Source: Octopus vulgaris
Taxonomy: Eukaryota
DNA length: 64,000 nucleotides
Direction of reading: 5' to 3'
Assembly (NCBI GenBank): GCA_951406725.2
Contig: OX597832.1
Coordinates: 70,308,001-70,372,000, forward strand
The notes below the pieces were generated by a model, which saw only the letters and a program-made list of their open reading frames with translations, searched no databases and had not been told where the DNA came from. Made by a program: the position numbers and the translations under genes. Shown piece by piece: positions 52,434-64,000 of this stretch (positions within the stretch are counted from its first letter, which is position 1; every line of letters begins with the position of its first letter).

Positions 52434-55400
52434 GGGGCAAAGGATAGTGATTGCGTCACCCATAGCCTCTCCTCTCCAGATGTAATGATCGCTGCAGAAC
52501 TTCTACTTGGCTGCGCCTTGTGGAAAGTTCTTGCTAATGGCCTCTCCTGCACTACTGTGTCCACAACAGCACCTTCACGCGGTACCCCCTGTTCTCACTG
52601 AGCCTGCTGTGTGGCGCGACCGGGTGCTTGGCGGTATAACCAGGTGGGCAGACTGGGCTCGTTAGCCTTGGTTGGCAGCCAGTCTAGGAGAAGGAAAACT
52701 CTGACTCCAAACCCTCGCTCCGCTGCCTTGCGGATGCTCTTGGGAGAGGGAAAGGCTATGGGAGTAAACCCAGACAGAAAATCCGGAGTGGAGCCCCGAA
52801 GGCGGTAGGGTGTCCAATCTCGACCCCTTTCCGGCAACTCCTGCAGCCAACCAGACTCCAAACGTACTGCACTGCATTCCTTTGGATTATGTCTGGGGGG
52901 CCGAGAGGAGATTCTGGTGTCTGGGCAGCCCAGTGTCTTCGTTTCTACCGCCCAGGCTTGCGCCATGGAGAAACTACTCCATCGATGGAACAAGCTGAGA
53001 TGGCAGTTACGAGTTATAAGCCAGGGTGAATTGACGTAATCCCGGGCGCTACGGGCCGCCTCTAACGGTGGGAGGGATCATTGAAGTCCCACTGGTCAGC
53101 TACCGCCCGCCTTAAGCTGGGAAGCCCCCGGCCAATAATGGTGCTGACCCGCCACAGACTGCCCGCTTCAATGGGTGCTTGGAGCTAGGACAAAATCTGA
53201 AAAGCAGACTGAAAACCCTGCACCAGCAAACAAAGGAAAAACAAACACCCAGTCACCAGTCTTGCGACTGGCCACCTGGAATGTCAGGACCATGTGCCCT
53301 GGCATCATTGACGATCTACGACAGATGAACGACAGTAGGAAGACAGCAGTCATCAACACCGAATTGAAAAGGCTGAACATCGACATAGCGGCGCTGCAAG
53401 AGACCAGGCTCGCCGCAGACGGCATGCTACGGGAGAAGGACTACACCTTCTACTGGCAGGGGAGACCCGTCGAGGAGGCCCGCCAGCATGGCGTTGGGTT
53501 TGCCGTGAGGAACAGCTTGCTCCCCATGGTGATCCCTCCTTCAAATGATTCAGAGCGCATCCTCACTCTTAACCTTGCAACATCAACGGGGAAGGCAAAC
53601 ATAATTAGTGCTTATGCCCCAACACTCCACTCTCCTCAGGAAATAAAAGACCGGTTCTATGAGGAGCTCGACGCCACCATCAGCCAGATACCAGGGTCGG
53701 AGCCCATCTTCCTTCTGGGCGACTTCAACGCAAGGGTGGGATCCGATCATGGGGCATGGCCAGATTGCCTTGGACGCTTTGGCGTGGGGAAGGTGAATGA
53801 GAATGGCCAGAGACTGTTGGAGCTTTGCTCTTACCGGAAACTCTGCGTTTCCAACACATTCTTCATGACTAAGCCGCATCACCAGGTCTCATGGAGGCAC
53901 CCAAGGTCCGGACACTGGCACCAACTGGACATGGTCATCACCCGGCGAGCCCACCTCGGCAGTGTGCTTCTCACACGCAGCTACCATGGTGCTGACTGTG
54001 ATACAGACCACTCTTTGGTGTGCAGCAGGGTCCGATTGACCCCAAAGAAAATCAACCGTCCCGTAGGGAAAAGCCGCCCACGCATCAACACCGCCAGGAC
54101 AACCAACCCCGACCTCAGCTCGGAATTCACCAACCGCATGGAGGAGGCCCTTAAAGATCACGCAGCCACGTCCATTGAGGAGAGATGGCAGATTATTCGC
54201 GACACCACTTGCAGAATAGCCATGTCATCCCTAGGAAAGAGGGAGCGGAGAAATCAAGACTGGTTTGAAGCTCACCTGCCTGAGATGGAGCCTGTCATTG
54301 CTGCCAAGAGGGAAGCACTGGTCAACTATAAGCGCGACCCATCAGAAAAGAACCTGGCTACTCTGAGAACAGCCAGAAGCGACGCCCAGAGGACGGCCAG
54401 ACGTTGCGCCAACGTCTACTGGCAGAACTTATGCCAGAACATCCAGTGCTGTGCTGACAGTGGTAACGTGAAAGGGATGTACGAGGGGATGAAGAAAGCA
54501 TTCGGGCCCACTGTCAGAAAGGTTGCTCCACTGAAGTCCAGAGATGGCGAGGTCATCGAGGACCAAGCGAAGCAGATGGAGAGGTGGGTCGAGCATTACC
54601 AGAACCTCTACTCCACTGAGAATGTGGTCACCAGGTCTGCCCTCGCCGGCATTCCTGCTCTGCCTGTCATGGAGGAGCTTGACCTGCCTCCAACAAAGGA
54701 AGAACTGAGCAAAGCAATTGACTCACTCGCTCGGGGCAAGGCACCAGGGCAAGACGGCATCCCCGCAGAAGTCATCCAGTGCGGGAAGCCAGCCCTTCTG
54801 GGCCATCTCCACGAGCTGCTCTGTCAGTGCTGGGAGGAGGGCTCTGTCCCTAAGGATATGCGTGACGCAAACATCATCACACTGTATAAAAACAAAGTGG
54901 ACAGAAGCGACTGCAATAATTACAGGGGCATATCACTGCTCAGCACTGTCGGTAAGGCATTTGCCAGGGTGGTCCTGAAGAGGTTGCAAATACTTGCAGA
55001 GCGTGTGTACCACGAGTCTCAGTCTGGCTTTAGGGCAGAGAGGTCTACAATTGACATGATCTTCTCACTCAGGCAGCTTCAAGAAAAGAGTCGAGAACAG
55101 AGACAGCCCCAATACGTGGCCTTCATCGACCTGGCTAAGGCGTTCGACTCAGTCATCAGGGAGGGGCTGTTTACGCTCCTGGGTAGGATAGGTTGCCCTC
55201 CCAGACTGCTGAAACTCATCACCTCCTTTCACGACGGTATGCAGGGAACAGTGCAGTTTGACGGATCGCCCTCGGAGTCATTCCCCATCCAGAATGGAGT
55301 GAAACAGGGTTGCGTTCTGGCGCCGACGCTCTTCGGAATTTTCTTCTCCCTTGTCCTGTCCTATGCCTTCAGAACGTCCGACGACGGAGTGTTCCTCCAC

Positions 55401-56473
55401 ACCAGGGCTGATGGTGGATTGTTCAATCTTGCGCGCCTCAGAGCTAAGACCAAAGTCCGTCAGGTGCTGATCAGAGAGATCCTCTTTGCTGACGATGCCG
55501 CCCTAACATCACACAACCAACCGGGTCTCCAGAGGCTGGTCAGCTCCCTGGCGGATGCCTGCCAAGAGTTCGGCCTTACCATCAGCCTGAAAAAGACAGA
55601 GATCATGGGCCAGGACGTCGAGGGGTCCCCAGCATCAGTGTCGGCGACCACAGCTTGCAGGTGGTGAACGAGTTCACTTACCTGGGATCGACGGCCTCCA
55701 GCAGCCTGTCCCTCGAGCCGGAGCTGAACAGACGGATTGGGAAGGCTGCTGCTGCCATGGCTAAGCTCTCCAGGAGAGTGTGGGAAAACAACATGCTCAC
55801 AATAACCACCAAGATCGCAGTGTACCGAGCCTGCGTGCTGAGCACCCTACTCTACGGCAGCGAGAGCTGGACAACATACACTCGGCAGGAATGCCGCCTC
55901 AGCGGCTTCCACATGCGGTGTCTTCGACGGATCCTTGGCATCTCCTGGAAGGACCGAGTACCAAACGGAGTCATCCTGGAACAGACTAATATGCCAAGCA
56001 TGTATGCCCTCCTCGTGCGGAGACGACTGCGCTGGCTCGGACACGTCTGCCGCATGCAGGACGGTCGCATGCCTAAAGACATCCTGTACAGCGAACTCAC
56101 CACGGGATCCCGACCCAAGGGACGTCCACAGCTACGAGACAGGGACGTGTGCAAGCGCAACCTGAGGACTGCCAACATATGTGTGGACACGTGGGAGGAA
56201 ACAGCTGCTGACCGCTCTGCCTGGCGTCGGACGGTGAGGAAAGGCGTTTCCATGGCTGAGGAGAGGAGAGCACAGCTGTGGTTGGACAGGCGGGACAGAA
56301 GGAGGACAACTGCAGCAACACCCCACACGTACCCATCGATGTTCGTGTGCAGCAACTGTACCAAGGACTGCCACTCTAGAATTGGACTGTTCAGTCACAG
56401 CAGACGCTGCACATCATCAAAGTAGACCCCACCCTTGGCGCAACCCATTGTCTATCAAGACAGACAGGGATAA

Positions 56474-56475
<2 letters not shown>
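52432..56475 (+). mobile_element. RTE/BovB-like LINE, apparently full length
   Basis: ~740-nt GC-rich 5' region, single APE-RT ORF, short 3'UTR, (TA)n on both sides. Confidence 0.93.
53175..56425 (+). CDS. RTE/BovB-like APE endonuclease-reverse transcriptase with a single frameshift near 55622-55625
   Basis: LATWNVRT, ALQETR, GVGFAV, LGDFNARVG, DTDH, KAPGQDGIP, NYRGISLLS, FIDLAKAFDSV, GVKQGCVLAP, LFADD, FTYLGS, LRWLGHV, CSNCTKDCHSRIGLFSHSRRC. Confidence 0.93.
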
Positions 56476-56523
<48 letters not shown>

Positions 56524-56813
56524 GAATTTCGTAGACAGGAACTGAAACAAATTAATCCTATATATATGTATGTATATATGTAAGTGTATGTGTGTGTCTT
56601 TGTCTCTGTGTTTCGCCCTCATCACTGCTTCACAACTGCTCTTCATTCATTTAAATCCCCATAACTTACTGGTTTCACAAGAACAAACTAATATAATAAG
56701 TACCAGGCTTATCAACATAAAAAACCCACTAGGCTGTGTCTCATAATTTTGTTTGCCCACTCACTTGTATCTATCAATTTATCTTTGTATGTGTGTGTTT
56801 GTATATATCAATA

Positions 56814-56864
<51 letters not shown>

Positions 56865-59079
56865 CACCCTAATGGGGGCCTTAACTCCCAAATTTTAGTC
56901 AGTTCTTTTATGATTCAAAACTAGGTCAAAAGTACTGAATGGATCTTTATGAAATTTGGAAATTATATTCTATGCATAAGGGTCATAACCCCCATAACAA
57001 TTCATATATTTTTGCTGTTGATGACATTTTAACCATAGATATTAGACACAAATGAAGTAATATTTATAAAATTTCATCTTCTTACAGGTTAGAAAGACCC
57101 CTCCATGGGAACTTAACACCCACAATTTTGTCATCTAAGCAAAGACGAATACAGTTGAACTCTTGGAAGCTGTAGTGTTACCCGTGCACAAAAGATGAGC
57201 ATTATTTGTAATTCAATGGTACAAGTGTAACAGTTTGCTTTGACATACACTTACATTGTGATTTCTGCAATGTGATGCATAAATTGTCAAGTAAATGAGA
57301 GGCATCTTTGCCTCCACTGATTCAGTTGCAAAGTGTTGAGTAAAGTTATTTGATTGCAGACCTCCTTTCAGTCTTTTTATTATCACTGGTTCACACTTAG
57401 TCCCCAGATGTTAACATTGATTTCAAGGCCTTCCCAGATGAGTGACTGGTTATTCAAAGACATTTATAGATTGCAAATTTATTCTGTCCAGTTACGTATA
57501 GTATAGTGGTCATTTGCAAACTCCAGAGGTGACAGTTTCATTTCTCCTTAGCCCTCACTCCACATAGTTGTTAATGTTTATTTCAGTTGGGTCACGCCCT
57601 TCTAATTACTATAGATTCGTAATGCATCTTACCGCTGTGCCTGTCACCTTGATGATGAGGAATCCTACATTAGGAGTGGTGACGACTAGGGTACTGTAGC
57701 TGACTGCTTATTGTGAACATTCGTCTTTTGGTTTCCTGTAGCTTTGCTCTCTTTTACAAACCCGGTGAACATATATTTCCTATTTCAAAGAAATTCAAAC
57801 AATAGGTATAAGACCCAAGTTAAAAAGATTCTCAACAATTCAACTTCTCTTGTTGACATTAAGATGCCCACCCCCAACGGGGGCCTTAACTCTCACATTT
57901 TAGAGTCCATCACCTTCATTTTTCAGGAGTAAAATCTTTTTAACAGGTTCAATACGACTGGAATTTTGGAATATGCACATAAAAATCAGTAGTATTGGAT
58001 ACTGTGGCAAGATTACAATTTTTTTAAGGTGTGTAAAGAGGGAAATAACCCTCACCTGCAATTTTGATGAAATTCAACACATAGATATTCCAGTTCATTA
58101 CAGAAAATATAACAGAAAAGTCTAATTCTTAAATTGCACATAACACGGGCAGCACCGGGTATCTCTGCTAGTTAACTATAAAGACGGAATACTTTTGATC
58201 ATTTGTCTACCTCTTCGTGGTTAAACTGGAATTAAGCAACAAAAACAAATTCCTAAGTGATTGAGAGACATACTAGAGAAATTAGTCAGGTTTCCCTCCC
58301 CCTATACTCACGTATAATGGGGTCTCGTACGATGAAATAGCCTTCTCACATTTAATTTACAGGGTGTTGTCACACAATTCAATGAATGTATGTTCAAGAA
58401 GAGTTCACTTGTACTCAAAGTCTGAGCATTAGGTGTTCTGCACTCAGAAATATATTTGTTGGGTCCGGGAGAGAAAATACATTCCGTCTTTTTAAATAAG
58501 TTATTTTGTACAAGAAGTTTCTAACGATACCATAACTTTCTCTGATTTCTGGATCCCAGGGGAGAACGTTCTAATTGAAAATACTCTGACGTTTAACAAA
58601 TAACAACAGGCGTTTATCTGAGTGTGTATGTATGCGACAAAGACTGAGAGAGAGTCTGCGTGCGTGTGTACTTCTGTATCTACATATTATCATATATTAT
58701 GCATATGATATATATGTATATACATATATATATATATAGAGAGAGAGAGAGATGGATAGATAAATATACATACATACATACATATACATATAGATATACA
58801 CACATAAACACATACATACGCATAAACCCAAGTATTAAACCCTACCCACTGCTTGATTGATTAGAAAAAAGTATTCAAATGCTAACAGAAGAGAATTTGC
58901 TCGAGGCCAATTCCTCAACAATCCTTAATGTTCAAATATATGACAGCTTCTAGAAGCAGCAAATTTTTACACCAACACCCCACACCACCCTCGCCCCTAG
59001 GGCATTGTGCTCAGTCCTTACCTACCACTTTTAAAAATTACCTTTCCCTGGTAACAATTCCCGGTTTCAAAATTACCTA

Positions 59080-59422
<343 letters not shown>

Positions 59423-59974
59423 CTTTTACTGGTTTTAGCCCGAGGCACCGCCTTTAGTGTTATTGGTTTTTATTTCAAATCTACTTGCGGATACTCACTG
59501 CAGGACTGTACATAGAAATATATAAAAAAAACTACATCATGTTTTATGCACTTTTACTGTCTTTTATAAATTTGAATTACAGGCATACACACGCATGCAC
59601 ACGCACGCACGCAACCACACACACTCATAAACACACACATACAGACGCGGAAACCACCTTTTCTGTTAAACATATTAAAATCACAACAAACACAACTGTG
59701 TCTTTGCTTTTGTCTATTTTATTTATGTATCACTTTATTCTATTCATTTATTTATATATTTACATGTCTCTTGCAGTTCAGTTTGTTTGCAGCAGTAAAG
59801 TTCATAGGTTCAACGAAGTTTCCAGAAATTCACACTCCTCTCTGTATGAAGTAACTGATGTTGATACATCCATTAATGGAATTTTATAGCTTGTAGCTTT
59901 TGTACATCACATCATCAGTGTTAATGTATGTTTGTCTGTAATGTATTTTCTGTGTTATGATACTTTTGAGTGGA

Positions 59975-60100
59975 GGTACGTAGTCTGGTGGTTAGTGGTG
60001 TTTGGCTCAGGAGCATAAAGACGTGTGTTCAATTTCTGTTTGGTTGAGCAAGCAGTTCCGTTCACGTTGCTCCATTCTGTGCAGTCATAATGAGTCCCAT
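59975..60100 (+). mobile_element. Degraded tRNA-derived SINE
   Basis: gtagtctggtggttag A-box-like, gtgttcaatttc B-box-like, ttgagcaag..ttcacgttgctcca body. Confidence 0.4.
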
Positions 60101-60489
60101 CCGTCTGCTGGTGTCACCTGTTTCACATTCTCGATGTCTCACTGAACCAAGAGTATTTTTACCTGCTTATGTAGTGTAGTTAGACTGTGTGCCGCCCTAA
60201 ACAGCGCTTGAGTTCTCCCCACGGACAATACAGCCTAAATGGCTTACACAGCAGACCCAAATATGCCAGCCTTATAAAAGTACCGGCTGTGGGAGACCGT
60301 CATCCTTGCTTCCACCCTTTTCATTCTCGCTCCGACCTCCATAACTACCCTATTAGAGTCCCAACTAAAATATTGAGCAAAAACCCTACAACATCTTATC
60401 GCCACATATTCGCTCGCGGCTGATTTATGATTGTTACACTTTATCACTCTTATAGTTATATTTCAGGCACTATCTATTCTAAAACAGGT

Positions 60490-62120
60490 TTACCTTTAAT
60501 TCGTGTAATATACTTTAATTGCAATGCATATTTTTATCTTGATTTTCTTCATTGGACTGCGGCCATATTTTGTGAAAGGTGTCTAAGCTGTTATTGTTTC
60601 TGGTTAAGGTGAGTGCAGTTTAGTCCACGAATCTTATTTTCGTGAGATCCAGTTGTGAGATTCTGCTTTGTGTGCCACAGCTTGAGATTCTATCGCTTTT
60701 GGGCTATTTGGTGCTTAGGAAGTTGAATTCACCAATAAGATGTGCAATAATGTCTTGATCCAGTTTTGTTAGTATTTCTTTTATCATTGTAAGATTTCCC
60801 TTCAAATTCATCATCGTGATTTCAAGCATCGGAGGGGACTGGCATACAATGTGCATATTATCACATCAAAACGCTGTAAACTTGCTATGAGCATGTCACA
60901 GGCATAATTTGGATGTAAAAACAAGGTTAATTGTGTGACATCCTCACGAACGTGCATTGTGACTCCACTGTGATGTTCTTTGTCTATACACAGTATCTTC
61001 AGTATGTCTATCTCTGCATCACTTATGCCTGCAGAGAGATGTGATTCTGTAGGTGCAATGCATATTGCTTGATTGATTGCATGCAGAAAGATGCCTCGAG
61101 TAGGCAATTTTTGCCTTTACCGTTAGTTACTTCACTAGTAGAATTCGTGTAATAACCAGCTTGGAGGTAATGGTTCCCATTACCTGGGAGGTAGCTTATG
61201 TTAGTGTGTGTGTTTGTGTGTGTGTGTGTGTGTGTGCGTGCGTGAGTGTGTACGTGAGAGTTTGTGTGTATTTGCATGGTTTAAATTTGTTTGTAACCAT
61301 GCCAACCGCTGCATTAACTTTTGTGCATCACTTGCTGTTCTACTGTTGCAAATCGCATGGAATCTGCACGCAGCTTTTTGGTGGTCTTCTTCACTCAGAA
61401 TGTACAATGTGTTATAGATTCCTTTGGGTTTTATTTGAGCCTAGTTTGCTGGCTAGATGGAATTAGTTCCGTTCTGTCTGAGCTTTGAATGTGCAAAACA
61501 GCAGTAAAGACCCAAATTCTCCATCGCAACAGACACCTTTTATATAGAATTTGCTGATGGCCGTGCTTCCTCTACTCTTTTTCCTGTTTCTTTTTACTTT
61601 CAGTTGTTTTAGCTTTAACATTAAATCTAGTTTCATTAGCCTTTCGGCTGCTTAGCTTTTCTTCTTCGCTGCTTAGATTGTTTGGGGTTGCTTCTCTTGG
61701 AGACTTCCTTTTCAGCTTATTCACCTCTGTGGATATCTTCGTTAACAGGTCCACAGGTGATTGCATTGTTGTTACATTCCTTATTGGGCTTTTCGCATGG
61801 TGATTCAACATTGGTACCGTTCTCTGTTTCAAGCGTCTCACTTAGAAATCTACGATTCTTGAAAATGGTGTCTATTTCGTTAGGCATGGCCTGACAAGTG
61901 CATAGAGACACATAAACAATATTTTTCTGCTCTAATTGTACTGCTGATCTGGTAAATCCGTGGCTTTTCTGGACAGCTGCAATAAGGATTTTGGGTGAAT
62001 CACATTCTGTTTTGATCCATGCTAGGAGGAACAGTTCTATTATATCATAATTATTCCTGTCTACTGATTTCGTAATTGCATTACTTATCTCTTTCTTCGT
62101 TATATGGGACTGCAACAGTT
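60490..62120 (-). mobile_element. Degraded CR1-like LINE 5' part (ORF1 relic plus APE endonuclease)
   Basis: ICIAPTESHLSAGISDAEIDI..GVTMHVREDV..IICTLYASP; LIGEFNFL; TRNNNSLD; CCCH-like KFYIKGVC..CCFAHSKL near 61480-61560. Confidence 0.65.
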
Positions 62121-62929
62121 TATATGAGCAGAGAGAGAGAGAGAGAAACAAAGAAAAAGAGCGTGAAAGAACGAGAGACAGAAGGAATTATGGAATAGTG
62201 ACGACGTGTGCAGAAGCAACCACATGGCTAGAATTATGAGTTAAAGTACTCTTAATGCTGTAAGAAGTGTGAAAATGTATACGTACGTTCACTGGAGAGG
62301 TAACCGCCCCATGACTGTCTCGAGGGCCAACCAGCCTAAGCTTAGTTTCTTCAATATTGTAGGCATCGTCAGTGGTGACTGCTAGAGCGGCTCATGTTTG
62401 GCTGATTCCGTCTGCCAGCATATATTTACCATAAACATTTATGGATGATTTTGTGAAATGCTAATGCGTATAATAAAATATTAATATAAACATCCAGACG
62501 CAATGGGATGCCATAGAGGAAAAATAAAATCGTCACTAACGGTACCGAAGCACATACATTGCTAGAAATAAGAGTTAATATAAACTTGATGTTGTAGGAA
62601 GAGCCCAAATGTAAACATATGCTGATATATTTTTGTATGTATGTCGGAGTGTGTGTGTGTGTGTGTGTGTGCTTCTGTGTGCGTGCGCGCGTAGTGTACA
62701 TATGTATATAATTAAAGTTTAGATTGAAATCTTAAATTTTAAAATTGATACTGCGTTTTGGGTATGTCCTTAGTAGTATCACCGTTGTGACAGGTGAAGT
62801 TTCCAGTACATTCAGTCTTCTATTATAATATATATCTTTTTTATTCGTTTCAGCTGTGCGGCTACCATTATACTGGAGTACCACTCTGATTTTGCACTTT
62901 GACATATAATTCTTCTTTGACTGATTTCT

Positions 62930-63540
62930 TCAGTTTGGTGCATGAGAGGGTTTCAAACAAGCTGCCGTCATCTGTACCTCATGCCAAGCTATTTGTTCAT
63001 ACGGGTTTGTGGAGAAGAGAGTGTCTGGCTCCTTTTAGAAGACATCCATGCCCATATTGTGTAGGTTTCTCAACTAGATAAGAGCTGTGTGCCTTTGAAC
63101 CCTAAGCTATTGGGGTACCTGGTCCTGAATGGAGTGGACAGTAAGTTTGGTAAAACATAACGCCGTCCAGTTTGGGCATTTGTATAAAACTCGATGCCGA
63201 AATTAGGTACCAGCTCTTCCAGAATTTTCTATATATAAATTATAACTTACCTATCGCGCCTTCGCTCCAAGGGGCGAAGTCGAAGTCTTTTTCGCCCCTC
63301 CTTGATGCTCATCTGCTGCACCGTTACCATCTTTTTAGCGTAGTAACGTTGGACCCCTGTTAGTCGGTCACTGCGTGCTGACCATAGCGGAGAGCAGTCG
63401 TCCGGGCGGACCAGAACAAGATCCTCCACAAGGTCTCTTGTCTTGAAGGACCTTAACATCCATCCTTCAAATTCACAGCATTTTGCTGCCAACTTGCTAA
63501 TGTGCGTATGAAATCATGCCTCGTTACACATACTGATCCC
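62930..63540 (-). mobile_element. Degraded CR1-like LINE 3' end
   Basis: GWMLRSFKTRD..LVRP.DCSPLWS..LTGVQRYYAKK..RLRLRPLERRRDR*VIIYI*KILEELVPN. Confidence 0.75.
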
Positions 63541-63541
63541 C

Positions 63542-63542
<1 letters not shown>

Positions 63543-63631
<89 letters not shown>

Positions 63632-63640
63632 CATAGATAG
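63543..63640. repeat. (GATA)n microsatellite
   Basis: Direct inspection. Confidence 0.95.
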
Positions 63641-64000
63641 ATGTACGCCTATGTATATACATATGTTTATATATATATTGTACGTGTATATATAGATGTA
63701 TGCGATACATACATGCACATATGTATAGATATAGTTATATGAGTTACCTATATGTGTATATGTACGTGTGTACATAATGTAATGTAACGATGCGCATATA
63801 CACTCATATGGTCACACACCTAATTTCAGGTGATTATATATTATCCAATGTCTTGTATAATTTGGCTGTTATTTTTAACACATTGAACGACTGTCTGGAG
63901 AAACTCCGTCAACTGTGGATTATTTGATTTGCAAGAGATGGCATCTAATAATTATATTTCTCATTAGCACTCTGAGTTTCATAACTAATATTTTATGTTT

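Larger units (their letters stand above)
51528..58171 (+). mobile_element. Probable non-autonomous Helitron carrying nested insertions
   Basis: 5' A|TCTATATATAT..AAAACTGAGAATG; 3' imperfect hairpin acacgggcagcaccgggt then CTAG|T; pairing of the two ends is inferred. Confidence 0.6.

Noticed and set aside
55852-56364. Antisense ORFs over the RTE and Tx1 coding regions
   Set aside because: Shadow frames of GC-rich retroelement ORFs

Overview
Eukaryotic, AT-rich, microsatellite-saturated DNA with no recognisable host protein-coding gene. The tRNA-derived SINE families look cephalopod/octopus-like (inferred from recalled repeat sequences, not verified). Almost all recognisable content is mobile DNA: two tandem Tx1-like (L1 clade) LINEs inside a (GATA)n array; a near-intact RTE/BovB-like LINE nested in a probable non-autonomous Helitron; Penelope-like elements (GIY-YIG ORFs) whose terminal repeats carry type I hammerhead ribozymes, one forming an ~830-bp palindrome with a ribozyme on each arm; two R4/Dong-like fragments next to (TAA)n; and Helitron Rep, mariner, HERO-like and CR1-like relics, SINEs and MITEs. 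The main leads are apparent (GATA)n targeting by the Tx1-like family, the back-to-back hammerhead palindrome, a 26-nt 3' tail shared by the R4/Dong LINE and a SINE, and an RTE broken only by a 1-bp homopolymer indel. Coordinates were read by eye and boundaries of degraded elements are approximate. Most short ORFs in the track are microsatellite artefacts.
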